Source: Hyphomicrobiales bacterium (GTDB lineage Bacteria > Pseudomonadota > Alphaproteobacteria > Rhizobiales > Rhizobiaceae). From it: a DNA stretch of 64,000 nucleotides. The DNA is taken from positions 415 to 64,414 of the forward strand of contig JAAEMP010000073.1 of the NCBI GenBank assembly GCA_024225445.1. Direction: 5' to 3'. The position numbers and the translations under genes are program-made. Below are positions 40,079-49,606 of the stretch, one piece after another; position 1 is the stretch's first letter; each line of letters begins with the position of its first letter. The notes under the pieces are model-generated. The model was not told the origin of the DNA and made no database searches. It saw only the letters and a program-made list of their open reading frames with translations.

Positions 40079-40782
40079 CGACCAGCAGACGCCAGAACAG
40101 GGTAATTATCAGCGCCACATGTTTTGCCGATGCCGATGCGGCGATTGCGATGGCGACCAATCTGGCTCAAAAGGTGAAAGGCGATTTACTGGGCCTGCTG
40201 GTCGAGGAGGAATCCATTCTGCGACATGCTGATCTTCCTTTCTCAAAAGTCGTTGCCTTCCAATCCGGAACGCCGCGGCAGGTGACAGCCAAAGCGATGG
40301 CTGCCGCCTTTCGCAGCGATGCAAGGATTTTCAAGACCAATCTGGCGAAAATGGCGATGGATGCCTCGCTCAACTGGTCATTCGAGAGCAGACGGGGACA
40401 AATGATGTCACTTGTGCATGCTGCTGCATCGAAGGGTGACCTTATTCTTCTGGGCCATCAGCAAGCACCGGTATTGAACGGCGAGATCGTCTATCTGAAT
40501 TTAACTGGTGACGGTGAGGGCAACTTTGAAGAACTGGCAAGCCAGATTGCTGTTGAAATGGAAATCCCTTTCCAGGTCATTTCTCCTGCGGAAACTGGCG
40601 ACAGGCAAAGTCCTGAAACAGACAGAGCAATCACCGCTCGCCATTTAGATCAGGTGCTGGAGTTCCTGCGCAGCAAAAGCCTGAAAGCGGTTTTCGTTGC
40701 CCTGCGCCCAGAACAGGACCTCGATATTCACAAAATACTGGAGGCAGCCCGTTGTCCGGTAGTATATCTGGTGCAGGAGTAA
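40075..40782 (+). CDS. hypothetical protein, translationally coupled to the Lon-like gene
   Basis: 235 aa. The TTG start overlaps the Lon stop (alternative ATG at 40150). No motif recognised. The C-terminal half has an alpha/beta-like pattern. Confidence 0.45.
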   Translation: MTTSRRQNRVIISATCFADADAAIAMATNLAQKVKGDLLGLLVEEESILRHADLPFSKVVAFQSGTPRQVTAKAMAAAFRSDARIFKTNLAKMAMDASLNWSFESRRGQMMSLVHAAASKGDLILLGHQQAPVLNGEIVYLNLTGDGEGNFEELASQIAVEMEIPFQVISPAETGDRQSPETDRAITARHLDQVLEFLRSKSLKAVFVALRPEQDLDIHKILEAARCPVVYLVQE

Positions 40783-40874
40783 AAAAACCACTGCGTTGAT
40801 CAAAGTCAACTGATTGCCGGGAAATACAAACATAATGAAAACAGGATAACCGTATTCAATTGAAGAGAGGCGTT

Positions 40875-41324
40875 ATGAGAAGCAAAAAAACATGGATTGT
40901 CGTTGCCGACGGAGCGCGAGCGCGGTTTTTTGTCAGTGAGGGTCCTGGTACCGGTCTGGAGCCTGCACTGCCCCAGGCTCTGGTAGCTGATAACCGGCCA
41001 AGCGCCGACATTGCCAGTGACCGTCCCGGCAGAACCTTCGACAGCGTCGGCGCTGGGCGGCATGCGGTTCAACCCTCCAGTGATCCTCATCGCCACTCGC
41101 AAATAACATTTGCCGGGGAGATTACCGAAGTACTGGACCAGCAATTGAAGAGCAAAACATTTGACCAGCTTGTTGTCATTGCCGCGCCCAGGATGCTGGG
41201 TGATTTACGCGCTGCATTCGGGGAAAATATCCGCAAACTGGTGTGTGCCGAAATAGACAAGGATCTGACCAAATTGCCGGTTCATGAACTGGCTGATCGG
41301 GTGGGAGAGATAATAAGAATTTAA
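40875..41324 (+). CDS. host-attachment-protein family (baeRF family 12-like)
   Basis: The N-terminus MRSKKTWIVVADGARARFF is the signature I recall for this family. The ATG follows AGAGAGG. Confidence 0.65.
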   Translation: MRSKKTWIVVADGARARFFVSEGPGTGLEPALPQALVADNRPSADIASDRPGRTFDSVGAGRHAVQPSSDPHRHSQITFAGEITEVLDQQLKSKTFDQLVVIAAPRMLGDLRAAFGENIRKLVCAEIDKDLTKLPVHELADRVGEIIRI

Positions 41325-41346
41325 TGTCAAGTTTCCTTGTTGTGAT

Positions 41347-42699
41347 TTATGCCGGGGAAAGGCAGATATCCAATAGCTGGCTGAACTCCTGATCATCAGT
41401 CTGATCAAAATCGGTCGTCAGCTGATGCATGCGGGCAGCGCGGTTATCTCCCAAAACCGGAGTGGCGAAGGCGTAGAACTTTTCTCGAATTGTCTGATCA
41501 GAAAGCGGAGCATCGCTATCACCCTGTGGCGTTCTGGGTTCTTCACTGTATTGGTGACCATCCGCCATAATAATTGTCACCGCAGCCCATCTTTTGCCAA
41601 CGCTGATTTCGGTCAGGTAAGGGTCATCAACAAGTTCCGTCGCCCGGCTTATTCTAAGGATATCGGGATCATCGAGTATGTCGGGGCCAAGCTCTTCCAC
41701 GCCCATTTTACCACGGACTATCATTGTCGCAACCGGAAATGCAATCGCATACGTGAACTCATCCAAATTTGCCGGTTGATGTCCGGCAAGGCGGGTGGCG
41801 TTGTGGAATGTGTTGATACGCACGGCGGCAATTTGTTCATGTGACAGGTTATGCCTGTGCATCAATGCGACAACCGCGTCCATGGACGGATGTGCCCAGC
41901 GACAACACGGATACTGTTTGTAATGCGTATCTTCGACGGTCTTCCAGCGTTTACCCAGATCATCCCAAAAAGGTTGAGCCTCAGCCCCCTCGCATGTCAA
42001 AGCCGGCGCACCGGTAAATCCTTCTTTCGCCAGATAGGCCGCTGCCACTCCCGATGGTGCGCCCCAGCCCACGCCGTCGCGCAGCATGGTGGGAAAATCA
42101 ATGCACCGCATCATCTGGCTGCGGGGGCCGTGATATTCGCCGATGCCCGCGGAATGACGAATTGTCTCCACATCACCACCCAACATCCGTGACGCAGCTG
42201 CCGCAATACCAACAGCCGTCCAGGCACCAGAGGTATGATAATCAGAACAGGTTTCATGCTGGACCTGTCCGGCGCGATAGCTTATTTCATAGGCAATGGC
42301 GAGCCAGGCGGCAAAATCTTTACCGGTTATGCTGACACCGTTTGACTTCATCGCATCGGCAACGGCAAGCAGGGAAGGGAAAACCGCTGAACCGGCATGT
42401 CCCTTGTTGGGTGTTGTACCATCATGGGCATCAATGCTGTCTATGGTGAAGGCGCCAGCCATGGCAGCACCGGCCGGGCTGACCTTGCGTCCATCCATAA
42501 GCATCCGCGCGGCACCCGCACTGCCGGTACCAAACAAGGCGATGGCTCCCTTCCTGGCCAATATGGACATTTGCGAGGTCGAACCAATTGCCGCCACGCC
42601 GATGGTATCAAGGAAACTGCGTCGAAGGACTGTCAATACCGCTTCGGGCAGATCCTCATAGCTGAGTGAAGCGGCAAATTCTGCCATGGTTGGTGTCAT
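41347..42699 (-). CDS. MmgE/PrpD-family protein (2-methylcitrate-dehydratase-like)
   Basis: About 450 aa. The N-terminus is TMAEFAASLSYEDLPE.V....R.FLDTIGVA, and HAGSA and H.TSG motifs are present. I prefer the start at Met11 (42699), which has an AGGGA RBS. Confidence 0.85.
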   Translation of the reverse strand: MTPTMAEFAASLSYEDLPEAVLTVLRRSFLDTIGVAAIGSTSQMSILARKGAIALFGTGSAGAARMLMDGRKVSPAGAAMAGAFTIDSIDAHDGTTPNKGHAGSAVFPSLLAVADAMKSNGVSITGKDFAAWLAIAYEISYRAGQVQHETCSDYHTSGAWTAVGIAAAASRMLGGDVETIRHSAGIGEYHGPRSQMMRCIDFPTMLRDGVGWGAPSGVAAAYLAKEGFTGAPALTCEGAEAQPFWDDLGKRWKTVEDTHYKQYPCCRWAHPSMDAVVALMHRHNLSHEQIAAVRINTFHNATRLAGHQPANLDEFTYAIAFPVATMIVRGKMGVEELGPDILDDPDILRISRATELVDDPYLTEISVGKRWAAVTIIMADGHQYSEEPRTPQGDSDAPLSDQTIREKFYAFATPVLGDNRAARMHQLTTDFDQTDDQEFSQLLDICLSPA

Positions 42700-42847
42700 T
42701 GTGCTGTCCCTTGCTCCAATACGGCACATGCCGTTTCCATCTTTTTACGCCTTCAATTAGCAGGCATTCACCAGCTGGCAAATCTCCCTGATCTGCAGCC
42801 GGGAACAACCTCGTGAGAACTCATACCTAGAGCACATTTAATGAATA

Positions 42848-43894
42848 TCAGGCAAACATGGTATAGAGTAACCCCGAAATGACCGACCCGGTCAGTGCAA
42901 ATCCGATATAGGCCAGAAATACAGGCATCCGGGCCAGCGCAAATACTGCTATGGCGGCCGGAATACTGGTTACTCCGCCGGCAATCAGGAAGGCCATTCC
43001 GGCGCCAGGCGCCATGCCCTGGTCAATCAGGCCGGAGACCAGGGGCAGAGCGGCATAGCCGTTCAGATAGGCGGGAACACCGACCAGAGCGGCGGTAACA
43101 ATTGTCAGCAAGCCGTCATTACCCAACAATCCGGAAATTGTCTGCGCCGGCACATAGGTGAGCATGACGCTTTCCAGCAAAAACGCCAGCATCAGCCATT
43201 TTCCAAGGAATAATGTATTGGACAGGCCGCTGTCTGCAAAGGCTTTTCGGCGCGGGGCTTCATGCCAGAATTTCCAGACAACTTCCTTGGGCGCACGCAC
43301 ATTTGATGCCCCGCAACCGCCATCGCCAACTCCTGGACGCAGTGGATTTTCAAACATCCCGGTTCCCTGTAAAGCCAGCACACCATAACCGCCAAGCAGG
43401 CCCAGGAATATCGCGGATGCAGTTTTATACAAGGCAAATTCTGTCCCCAGCACCCCGGTTGTCAGGGCAAACATAGATGGGTCCATTATTGGTGAAGCCA
43501 GCCAGAATGCCATGACTGCTGACAAAGGCACTCCCATAAACAACAAGGCTGCAATAAGCGGAATCACACCACAGGAGCAAAACGGTGACAGCGCACCCAT
43601 CAAAGCCGCCACGAATATCATCTTGATGACATTGCCCTGAAACGCTTTGGCGATCAGGCCATCCGCACCGGATGCTTTAGCATAAGCGGCAATTGCAATG
43701 GAAGCCAGAAGGAAGGGTGACACATTAATAATCTGTGTCACCATGAATTTGAAACTGTCCAAAGCCACTGTCGCGTCAATGACAATCAGGGCCAGCAAAA
43801 TTATCACAATGGCAACAACCGCTTTATCAATTGATGCCAGGTTAAAGGGCCTGGACAGGGCCATTAATCGATTACTCATTGAATTTTTCTCCAT
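42848..43894 (-). CDS. predicted permease (two-CxC, ArsP/PF03773-like)
   Basis: 348 aa, polytopic, with an SPFCSCGVIP motif. It is co-oriented with and 22 nt downstream of an ArsR gene. Confidence 0.7.
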   Translation of the reverse strand: MEKNSMSNRLMALSRPFNLASIDKAVVAIVIILLALIVIDATVALDSFKFMVTQIINVSPFLLASIAIAAYAKASGADGLIAKAFQGNVIKMIFVAALMGALSPFCSCGVIPLIAALLFMGVPLSAVMAFWLASPIMDPSMFALTTGVLGTEFALYKTASAIFLGLLGGYGVLALQGTGMFENPLRPGVGDGGCGASNVRAPKEVVWKFWHEAPRRKAFADSGLSNTLFLGKWLMLAFLLESVMLTYVPAQTISGLLGNDGLLTIVTAALVGVPAYLNGYAALPLVSGLIDQGMAPGAGMAFLIAGGVTSIPAAIAVFALARMPVFLAYIGFALTGSVISGLLYTMFA

Positions 43895-43916
43895 ATTTTT
43901 GAGATTGGGTATCTTC

Positions 43917-44237
43917 TCAAGCCGCTTTATCTTCTCTGGCCAGGGTAAAGCCGGTGCAACATTCTTCCGTCAATAATTCCAGCAGTTCGCGCATCATCGA
44001 ATAGTCAGCGGATGACATGACTGTCCTGCCTTGTCGCTGCTGAAGGATCAGACCTGATTGCGAGAGAGTTGCCAGATGATGCTGAAGCGTCGATCCCGGC
44101 ACATTTATCAAATCCCTGATCTCGCCAACGTTCAGTCCGTCATCACCAGCCTTCACCAATAACTTGAACAATCGCAAACGCGTCTTGTTGCCAAGTGCAG
44201 CCAACACATCTGCTGCCAATTCTTCGTTCATTTTCAT
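43917..44237 (-). CDS. ArsR/SmtB-family metalloregulator
   Basis: 106 aa with LAALGNKTRLRLFKLL...L.VGEI......PGSTLQHHL..L..SGLI. Confidence 0.85.
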   Translation of the reverse strand: MKMNEELAADVLAALGNKTRLRLFKLLVKAGDDGLNVGEIRDLINVPGSTLQHHLATLSQSGLILQQRQGRTVMSSADYSMMRELLELLTEECCTGFTLAREDKAA

Positions 44238-44250
44238 ATCCTCTTTAAGA

Positions 44251-44282
44251 AACTATATAACCAATAATCTAGTTTTATAGTT
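44251..44282. promoter_or_regulatory. imperfect 11-bp inverted repeat (aactatataac ... gttttatagtt) upstream of arsR; candidate ArsR operator
   Basis: Read directly; 10 of 11 positions pair. Confidence 0.35.
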
Positions 44283-44504
44283 ATGTCAAGATAAAATGGA
44301 CGAGATTGTAGGCGCCCCTTTGTTTCAGCGAGTTGAGTGACTATCTCCTGGATGGGTTTCATCCGAGTATTGTTATGGAAGCCATGGGAAGTTATGGACT
44401 ACACCGTAGCTGCCTTTGATACAGCTTCGTGGCGGTCTTTTACCAGCAGATTCACTGCCTCGACAGTCCCTGGTTCATTCGCCAGCGCGATAAGGCACTT
44501 GATT

Positions 44505-44725
44505 TGCTGGTCCCGCACATGCTGTCGTCTTCGAGAAGTGGTACAACTTACGCAGTTACTGCAAAGCACGTCATCTAAAATCTCCGACGATTAGAGTTCC
44601 GGTTTAGATGTACAAGAGACCATCATCCGACTCAAATAAGTCAACCAATGCCTCTAATTGTTGTTGAAATGCCGCTGACCACGACAGGCAAAATTATCAA
44701 GGGGCGATTGAAGGCCAAGGATTAG
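44505..44725 (+). pseudogene. decayed 3' remnant of an AMP-dependent synthetase / acyl-CoA ligase gene
   Basis: The last frame reads PLIVVEMPLTTTGKIIKGRLKAKD*, which fits the terminal ..ELP.T.(S/T)GKI.R..L motif. An upstream fragment, AVVFEKWYNLRSYCKARHLKSPTIRVPV*, is in another frame. Stops and frameshifts interrupt it and no N-terminal domain is present. Confidence 0.5.
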
Positions 44726-44804
44726 ACCACTCTGCCCGCTGCACCCATATCGATGACCAGGTATCTGCCCGGATATACCAGTAGCGAACCAGCCCTTCAG
44801 GCAA

Positions 44805-46214
44805 TCAACTCATGATCACCTGAATATCGGTATATTCCGCCAGACCTTCCTTGCCAAATTCAACCCCGATACCGGAGCTTTTCACCCCGCCAAACGGCGC
44901 ATTGGGCTGGATTGCACCATGCTTGTTGATCCACACCGTACCACATTCCATTTTCAGCGCGGCAGCCTTGGCCGCCTTTATATCCTTCGACCATATCGAC
45001 CCACCCAAACCGTTGGGGTTGTCATTGGCCTTGGCTATGACCTTGTCGATATCCTTGTAACGAATGATCGGCAGAGCAGGTCCGAACTGTTCTTCATCCA
45101 CCAGCGCAATTCCATGATCAACATCACCTATCAAAGTAATTGGATAAAAATATCCGGCCCCCTTCTTTTTCGGATTGGCGCCCAACAATACCCGGCCACC
45201 CTTTTTAACCGCATCCTTCACCAGCCGATCAACCTTTTTGTATTGCATCTTGTTGGAGATGGGACCCAGAACGTTATCCTCATTCAATCCGTCACCCATC
45301 GGCATTTTTTTCGAGAAATTTATAAGATGTTTGCAGACCTTGTCATAAATCTTGTCGTGAACATAAAGGCGTTTCAATGCTGCGCAGGTCTGTCCGCCGT
45401 TAATGAAAGCCCCCCAGAACAAACCTTCCGCAATTTCCTTGGGGTCGGCATCCTCCATAACAATGCCGGCATCATTCCCGCCAAGCTCCAGCGTCAGACG
45501 TTTCAAGGTGTGAGCGGCACTTTCCATCACCTTTTTACCGGTATTACACGATCCGGTGAATATGATTTTGCCAATACCCTTGTGGGTCGACATCGCCGCC
45601 CCCAGGCTGTCTTCACCGGTAATGCAGTTGACGACGCCTGCTGGCAGAACCTCATTCATAATCTGCACCAGGCGAATCGTCGAAAGTGGAGTATATGGTG
45701 AAGGCTTGATTACTACGGTATTCCCGCTGCGAATGGCCGGTATAATGTGCCACACGGCAATCAGTACCGGCCAGTTCCATGGCGTGATTGAACCCACCAC
45801 TCCTATCGGCTTGCGATACATTTCGACCTTGCCCTCTTCATTGTCCTGTATAATCTCCACAGGCAATTGCAAATCAGCAGTAAAATGTGCCCAGGCCTGT
45901 GCACCACCAATTTCAAAACGTGAGCCCAGCCCGTTTAATGGCTTGCCTTGTTCGCGGGTCAAAAGGCGGGACAATTCATCAGCGTTTTGCTCAATTGCCT
46001 CAGCGACACCGTGGCAAGCCTTGCTGCGCTCCTCATCAGACACCTTACTCCAGCTGTCAAAGGCCCTGGCCGCGGCCTCAACTGCAGCATCCAGTTGTTT
46101 AGTACTCGCCCTGGGGGCTTCGCCAACAACTTTTCCGGTCGAGGGATTTTTCACCTCAAAGGTCTTGGTTGTTTTTATCGAATATCCGTTGATGATGTTT
46201 GGATATTGGGCCAT
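44805..46214 (-). CDS. NAD(P)+ aldehyde dehydrogenase (paralog A)
   Basis: 469 aa with TPWNWP, FTGSCNTGK, ELGGNDA and GQTCAALKR. Confidence 0.9.
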   Translation of the reverse strand: MAQYPNIINGYSIKTTKTFEVKNPSTGKVVGEAPRASTKQLDAAVEAAARAFDSWSKVSDEERSKACHGVAEAIEQNADELSRLLTREQGKPLNGLGSRFEIGGAQAWAHFTADLQLPVEIIQDNEEGKVEMYRKPIGVVGSITPWNWPVLIAVWHIIPAIRSGNTVVIKPSPYTPLSTIRLVQIMNEVLPAGVVNCITGEDSLGAAMSTHKGIGKIIFTGSCNTGKKVMESAAHTLKRLTLELGGNDAGIVMEDADPKEIAEGLFWGAFINGGQTCAALKRLYVHDKIYDKVCKHLINFSKKMPMGDGLNEDNVLGPISNKMQYKKVDRLVKDAVKKGGRVLLGANPKKKGAGYFYPITLIGDVDHGIALVDEEQFGPALPIIRYKDIDKVIAKANDNPNGLGGSIWSKDIKAAKAAALKMECGTVWINKHGAIQPNAPFGGVKSSGIGVEFGKEGLAEYTDIQVIMS

Positions 46215-46345
46215 AATATTCCTCTTCTTTTTCCAACCCTCCCATAAAATTTGAACCTTTTCAAAAAAGGTTAGTTAGGGTTTTTTTGTTACAAACGCCG
46301 TTGCACAGTTGGGCTTCTGTGTCATTTTTTGCTGTATTTTTGTCG

Positions 46346-46362
46346 TTGTATACTGTATCCAA
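46346..46362. promoter_or_regulatory. operator site A: TTGTATACTGTATCCAA (17-bp palindrome family)
   Basis: Lies in the divergent gap between ALDH-A and the FAD oxidoreductase. It matches sites B-E. Confidence 0.6.
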
Positions 46363-46512
46363 TAGTTGCGTATTGCAAGCACAAAACCAACCGTCCGGAA
46401 CAATACGGCTAAAACCGCGTAGTTTGGTAAACGCTGTTGCTTAACAACAAAAAAAGTAATGCACATTGAATGTCTGCAAGACGATCAAAAAGAAAACATC
46501 AGGGACAGGAAA

Positions 46513-47805
46513 ATGCCGAAGACGAGACCATATTGGTGGGAGGAATTCAAAACTTACAAAACACAACCCAAACACCTTCCCGAGGAATGCGATGTGGTGG
46601 TGGTTGGCGCCGGATTGACCGGCTGCTCAGCCGCGATAACCCTGGCCAAAACCGGTGCCAAGGTAGTGGTACTGGAAGCCCAGCGCCCGGGTTTTGGAGC
46701 CTCCACGCGCAATGGTGGTATGGTTGGTGGCGGCTACCGCGTACCCTTTGAGGAAATGGCAGAACGCTATGGACCGGGAACTGCTTATCGCCTGTTGACA
46801 GAATCCCACATCGATTCACTGAATTTCGCCAATGCCCGCATCAGGGAGGAGAAAATCAAGTGTGATTATAAAACATATGGCCGCTTTCGAGGAATGTGGA
46901 ACAAGGCGGAATATGACACAACCGCGAAATCGCTGGAACAATTACGCCAACTGATACCGGTGAATATCGACATGGTTCCGCGCGAGCAGCAACGCGATCA
47001 GATCGGTACGGATTTTTACAGTGGCGGCATGCTTTTGCATGACCACGGTGGTTTGCACCCGGCGAAATACCTGAACGGAATGCTGCATGCGGCTAAACGC
47101 GCAGGTGCCAAAATAGTCGGGTACACACCGGTCACCGAGGTCAAACCATCAGGCTCCGGGTTTATTGTAACGACCAGCAAAGGTTCAATCAAGGCCAGCT
47201 CAGTTCTCATGGCCACTAATGGCTATACGACGAGGGATTTTGCTGCGCTCAGACAGCGCGTCATTCCTGTCTCCAGTTTTCTCATCGCCACCAAAAAACT
47301 TTCAAAAAACCTGATTGACGAAATTATGCCAGCCCGTCGCATGGGTGTGGAAACCCGCCACCGCCACTGCTATTTCCGTCTGTCACCAGATTCAAGCAGG
47401 TTCATTATTGGTGGAAGAGCTGCCCTGTCCAATGTCTCTGAACCAAAAGCCACGGCCGTATTGCAGTCGCTTATGAGCGAGATTTTTCCGCAGTTGAAAT
47501 CGGCGAAAATATCCCATTCCTGGACCGGTCAGACCGGTTTCACCTTCTCGTTCATGCCCCATATCGGTCAGTTTGACGGGGTCTGGCATGCACTTGGTTA
47601 TTCGGGAAGCGGCAACGCCATGGCGCCCTATCTCGGGCACAAGGCAGCCCTGCAGATGCTCGGTGATCCAGCAGGAGAAACAGCCTTTACAGAAACAAAG
47701 CTGGAAACCCGGTCATGGTACCGGGGAACGCCATGGTTCCTGCCTTTCGCCCACAGGCTTTATCGCTGGACCGATTTCCGTGAAAATCTTCGCCGTGGAC
47801 GATGA
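46513..47805 (+). CDS. FAD-dependent oxidoreductase (DAO family; gamma-glutamyl-amine oxidase PuuB-like)
   Basis: It has the dinucleotide motif DVVVVGAGLTGCSAA followed by LEA...GFGASTRNGG. I prefer the start at the ATG at 46513. Confidence 0.8.
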   Translation: MPKTRPYWWEEFKTYKTQPKHLPEECDVVVVGAGLTGCSAAITLAKTGAKVVVLEAQRPGFGASTRNGGMVGGGYRVPFEEMAERYGPGTAYRLLTESHIDSLNFANARIREEKIKCDYKTYGRFRGMWNKAEYDTTAKSLEQLRQLIPVNIDMVPREQQRDQIGTDFYSGGMLLHDHGGLHPAKYLNGMLHAAKRAGAKIVGYTPVTEVKPSGSGFIVTTSKGSIKASSVLMATNGYTTRDFAALRQRVIPVSSFLIATKKLSKNLIDEIMPARRMGVETRHRHCYFRLSPDSSRFIIGGRAALSNVSEPKATAVLQSLMSEIFPQLKSAKISHSWTGQTGFTFSFMPHIGQFDGVWHALGYSGSGNAMAPYLGHKAALQMLGDPAGETAFTETKLETRSWYRGTPWFLPFAHRLYRWTDFRENLRRGR

Positions 47806-47942
47806 AAATTTCCGCTCAATTTCATCAGCAGTGAAGTCGCATTTAGAGCTTGATCAACACGGATACTCTAGCACTCCCAGACTGTATCTGAGCTCAGTGG
47901 CAAGTGTTCATAATTTACAATTTTCTTGCAACAGCATTCATT

Positions 47943-47959
47943 TTGTATACGGTATACAA
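47943..47959. promoter_or_regulatory. operator site B: TTGTATACGGTATACAA (perfect palindrome)
   Basis: Lies 209 nt upstream of ALDH-B. Confidence 0.6.
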
Positions 47960-48167
47960 TAGTGTCACCAAACGATACAGGCGATCTGGCCACGTCGATC
48001 CAATCTGATTGCCAAACAGGGAATAAGTGAAATTTCGCATTCTCCAAATACCTTGAACGGACAACCGGATAAGCATCCCAGGTGACAGGAGAATTCCTAC
48101 GGCTGTGGCTGACCATGAACAAAATACAGCCAGATCGGTAACTTCAAAATAGTAAAAGGAGAGTTCC

Positions 48168-49577
48168 ATGTTTCAGCAAATGCTTATTAACGGAAAGCTT
48201 GTCGGAAAAAGGTCACCGAAAAAGACAATTAACGTAGTCAACCCATCCACGCAGAAAGCATTTGCCCAGGTTCCAAAGGGAAAAATCAAACACATCAACA
48301 AGGCCGTAAAGGCAGCAAACAAGGCTTTCCCTGCCTGGGCGGCCACACCGCTGGAAAAGCGTCAGGCTATCGTTGAGAAAATGGCGGACGTTATTTCCGA
48401 TAACGCTGACAAACTCGCACGCCTTTTAACAAGCGAACAAGGCAAGCCAATGCCTGAAGCAATGGGGGAAATGGCCTGGACGGAAGGTTACCTTCGTCAC
48501 TACGCTACTCTTGAAGCCAGAGGGCGGACCATCCAGGATGATGACGACTTCAAAATCGAGGTGCGCCGTGTACCATTGGGTGTGGTCGCAGGTATATGCC
48601 CGTGGAATTTCCCGGTTCTTGTACCATTCTGGAAAATCGGCCCAGCGCTTGTTGCAGGCAATACTATAGTCATTAAACCGGCTCCGACTACCCCTCTGAC
48701 AATCTTGAAAATATTTGAACTATTCAACAATTTTGTGCCCGCAGGCGTTATCAATGTGGTAACCGATGAAAACGATCTGGGTCCTGCTCTGACCAACCAC
48801 CCTGATGTGGCCAAAGTCAGCTTTACCGGTTCTTGTGAAACCGGCAAGAAGATCATGGCATCATCTGCGAGTACTCTTAAACGGGTAACGCTGGAATTGG
48901 GAGGGAACGACCCGGCAATTGTATTGCCAGACGTTGATGTGGCCGCCACGGCCGCACAGATATATGGCGGTGCTTTCCTTAATGCCGGCCAGGTCTGTCT
49001 GGCGGTCAAGCGCGTATATGCCCACAAGGATATTTATGATGAAATGTGCGGCGAACTTGCCACGCTGGCCAACGAAGCAATTGTCGGGGACGGTTTGCAG
49101 CAGGGAACAACAATTGGGCCGGTCCAGAACAAGGCGCAATTCAAGAAGGTCAAGGCCTTTGTCAAAAGTGCAAGAAAGGACGGTAAAATCCTGTGTGGCG
49201 GCATCGTGAAAAACAAGGCCGGATACTTCGTCAACCCCGTCATTGTCCGGGATGTAAAGGATGGCGATGACATCGTTGACAAGGAACAGTTCGGGCCGAT
49301 TTTGCCGGTGATCAAATACTCCAATATCGAAAAGATCGGCAAACAAGCCAATGACACCGATTTCGGTCTGGGTGCCTCTGTCTGGTCGTCAGACACAGCC
49401 AAAGCGACAAAAATTGCTTCACAAATCGAGGCCGGTTCTGTCTGGGTCAACCAACACATCAATATCGGCCCGCACATTCCTATGGCAGGATTCAAGTCTT
49501 CAGGTATTGGTGTGGAGCAATCTGAAGAAGGTCTGGAAGAATACACTCAAATTCAGGTCATGAATATTGCCAAATAG
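48168..49577 (+). CDS. NAD(P)+ aldehyde dehydrogenase (paralog B)
   Basis: 469 aa, the same length and motif order as paralog A (CPWNFP, FTGSCETGK, ELGGNDP, GQVCLAVKR). Confidence 0.9.
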   Translation: MFQQMLINGKLVGKRSPKKTINVVNPSTQKAFAQVPKGKIKHINKAVKAANKAFPAWAATPLEKRQAIVEKMADVISDNADKLARLLTSEQGKPMPEAMGEMAWTEGYLRHYATLEARGRTIQDDDDFKIEVRRVPLGVVAGICPWNFPVLVPFWKIGPALVAGNTIVIKPAPTTPLTILKIFELFNNFVPAGVINVVTDENDLGPALTNHPDVAKVSFTGSCETGKKIMASSASTLKRVTLELGGNDPAIVLPDVDVAATAAQIYGGAFLNAGQVCLAVKRVYAHKDIYDEMCGELATLANEAIVGDGLQQGTTIGPVQNKAQFKKVKAFVKSARKDGKILCGGIVKNKAGYFVNPVIVRDVKDGDDIVDKEQFGPILPVIKYSNIEKIGKQANDTDFGLGASVWSSDTAKATKIASQIEAGSVWVNQHINIGPHIPMAGFKSSGIGVEQSEEGLEEYTQIQVMNIAK

Positions 49578-49606
49578 CTACAATGGCCAACGCAAAACCG
49601 TGAACA

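Noticed and set aside
44919-46254. 260-aa and 232-aa plus-strand ORFs
   Set aside because: Both are antisense shadows of the ALDH-A gene and have no motifs.
47971-48000. Extra partial copy of the repeat core (gcgatctgg..gtcgatc)
   Set aside because: Only a 9-mer plus a 6-mer match, which is within chance expectation.
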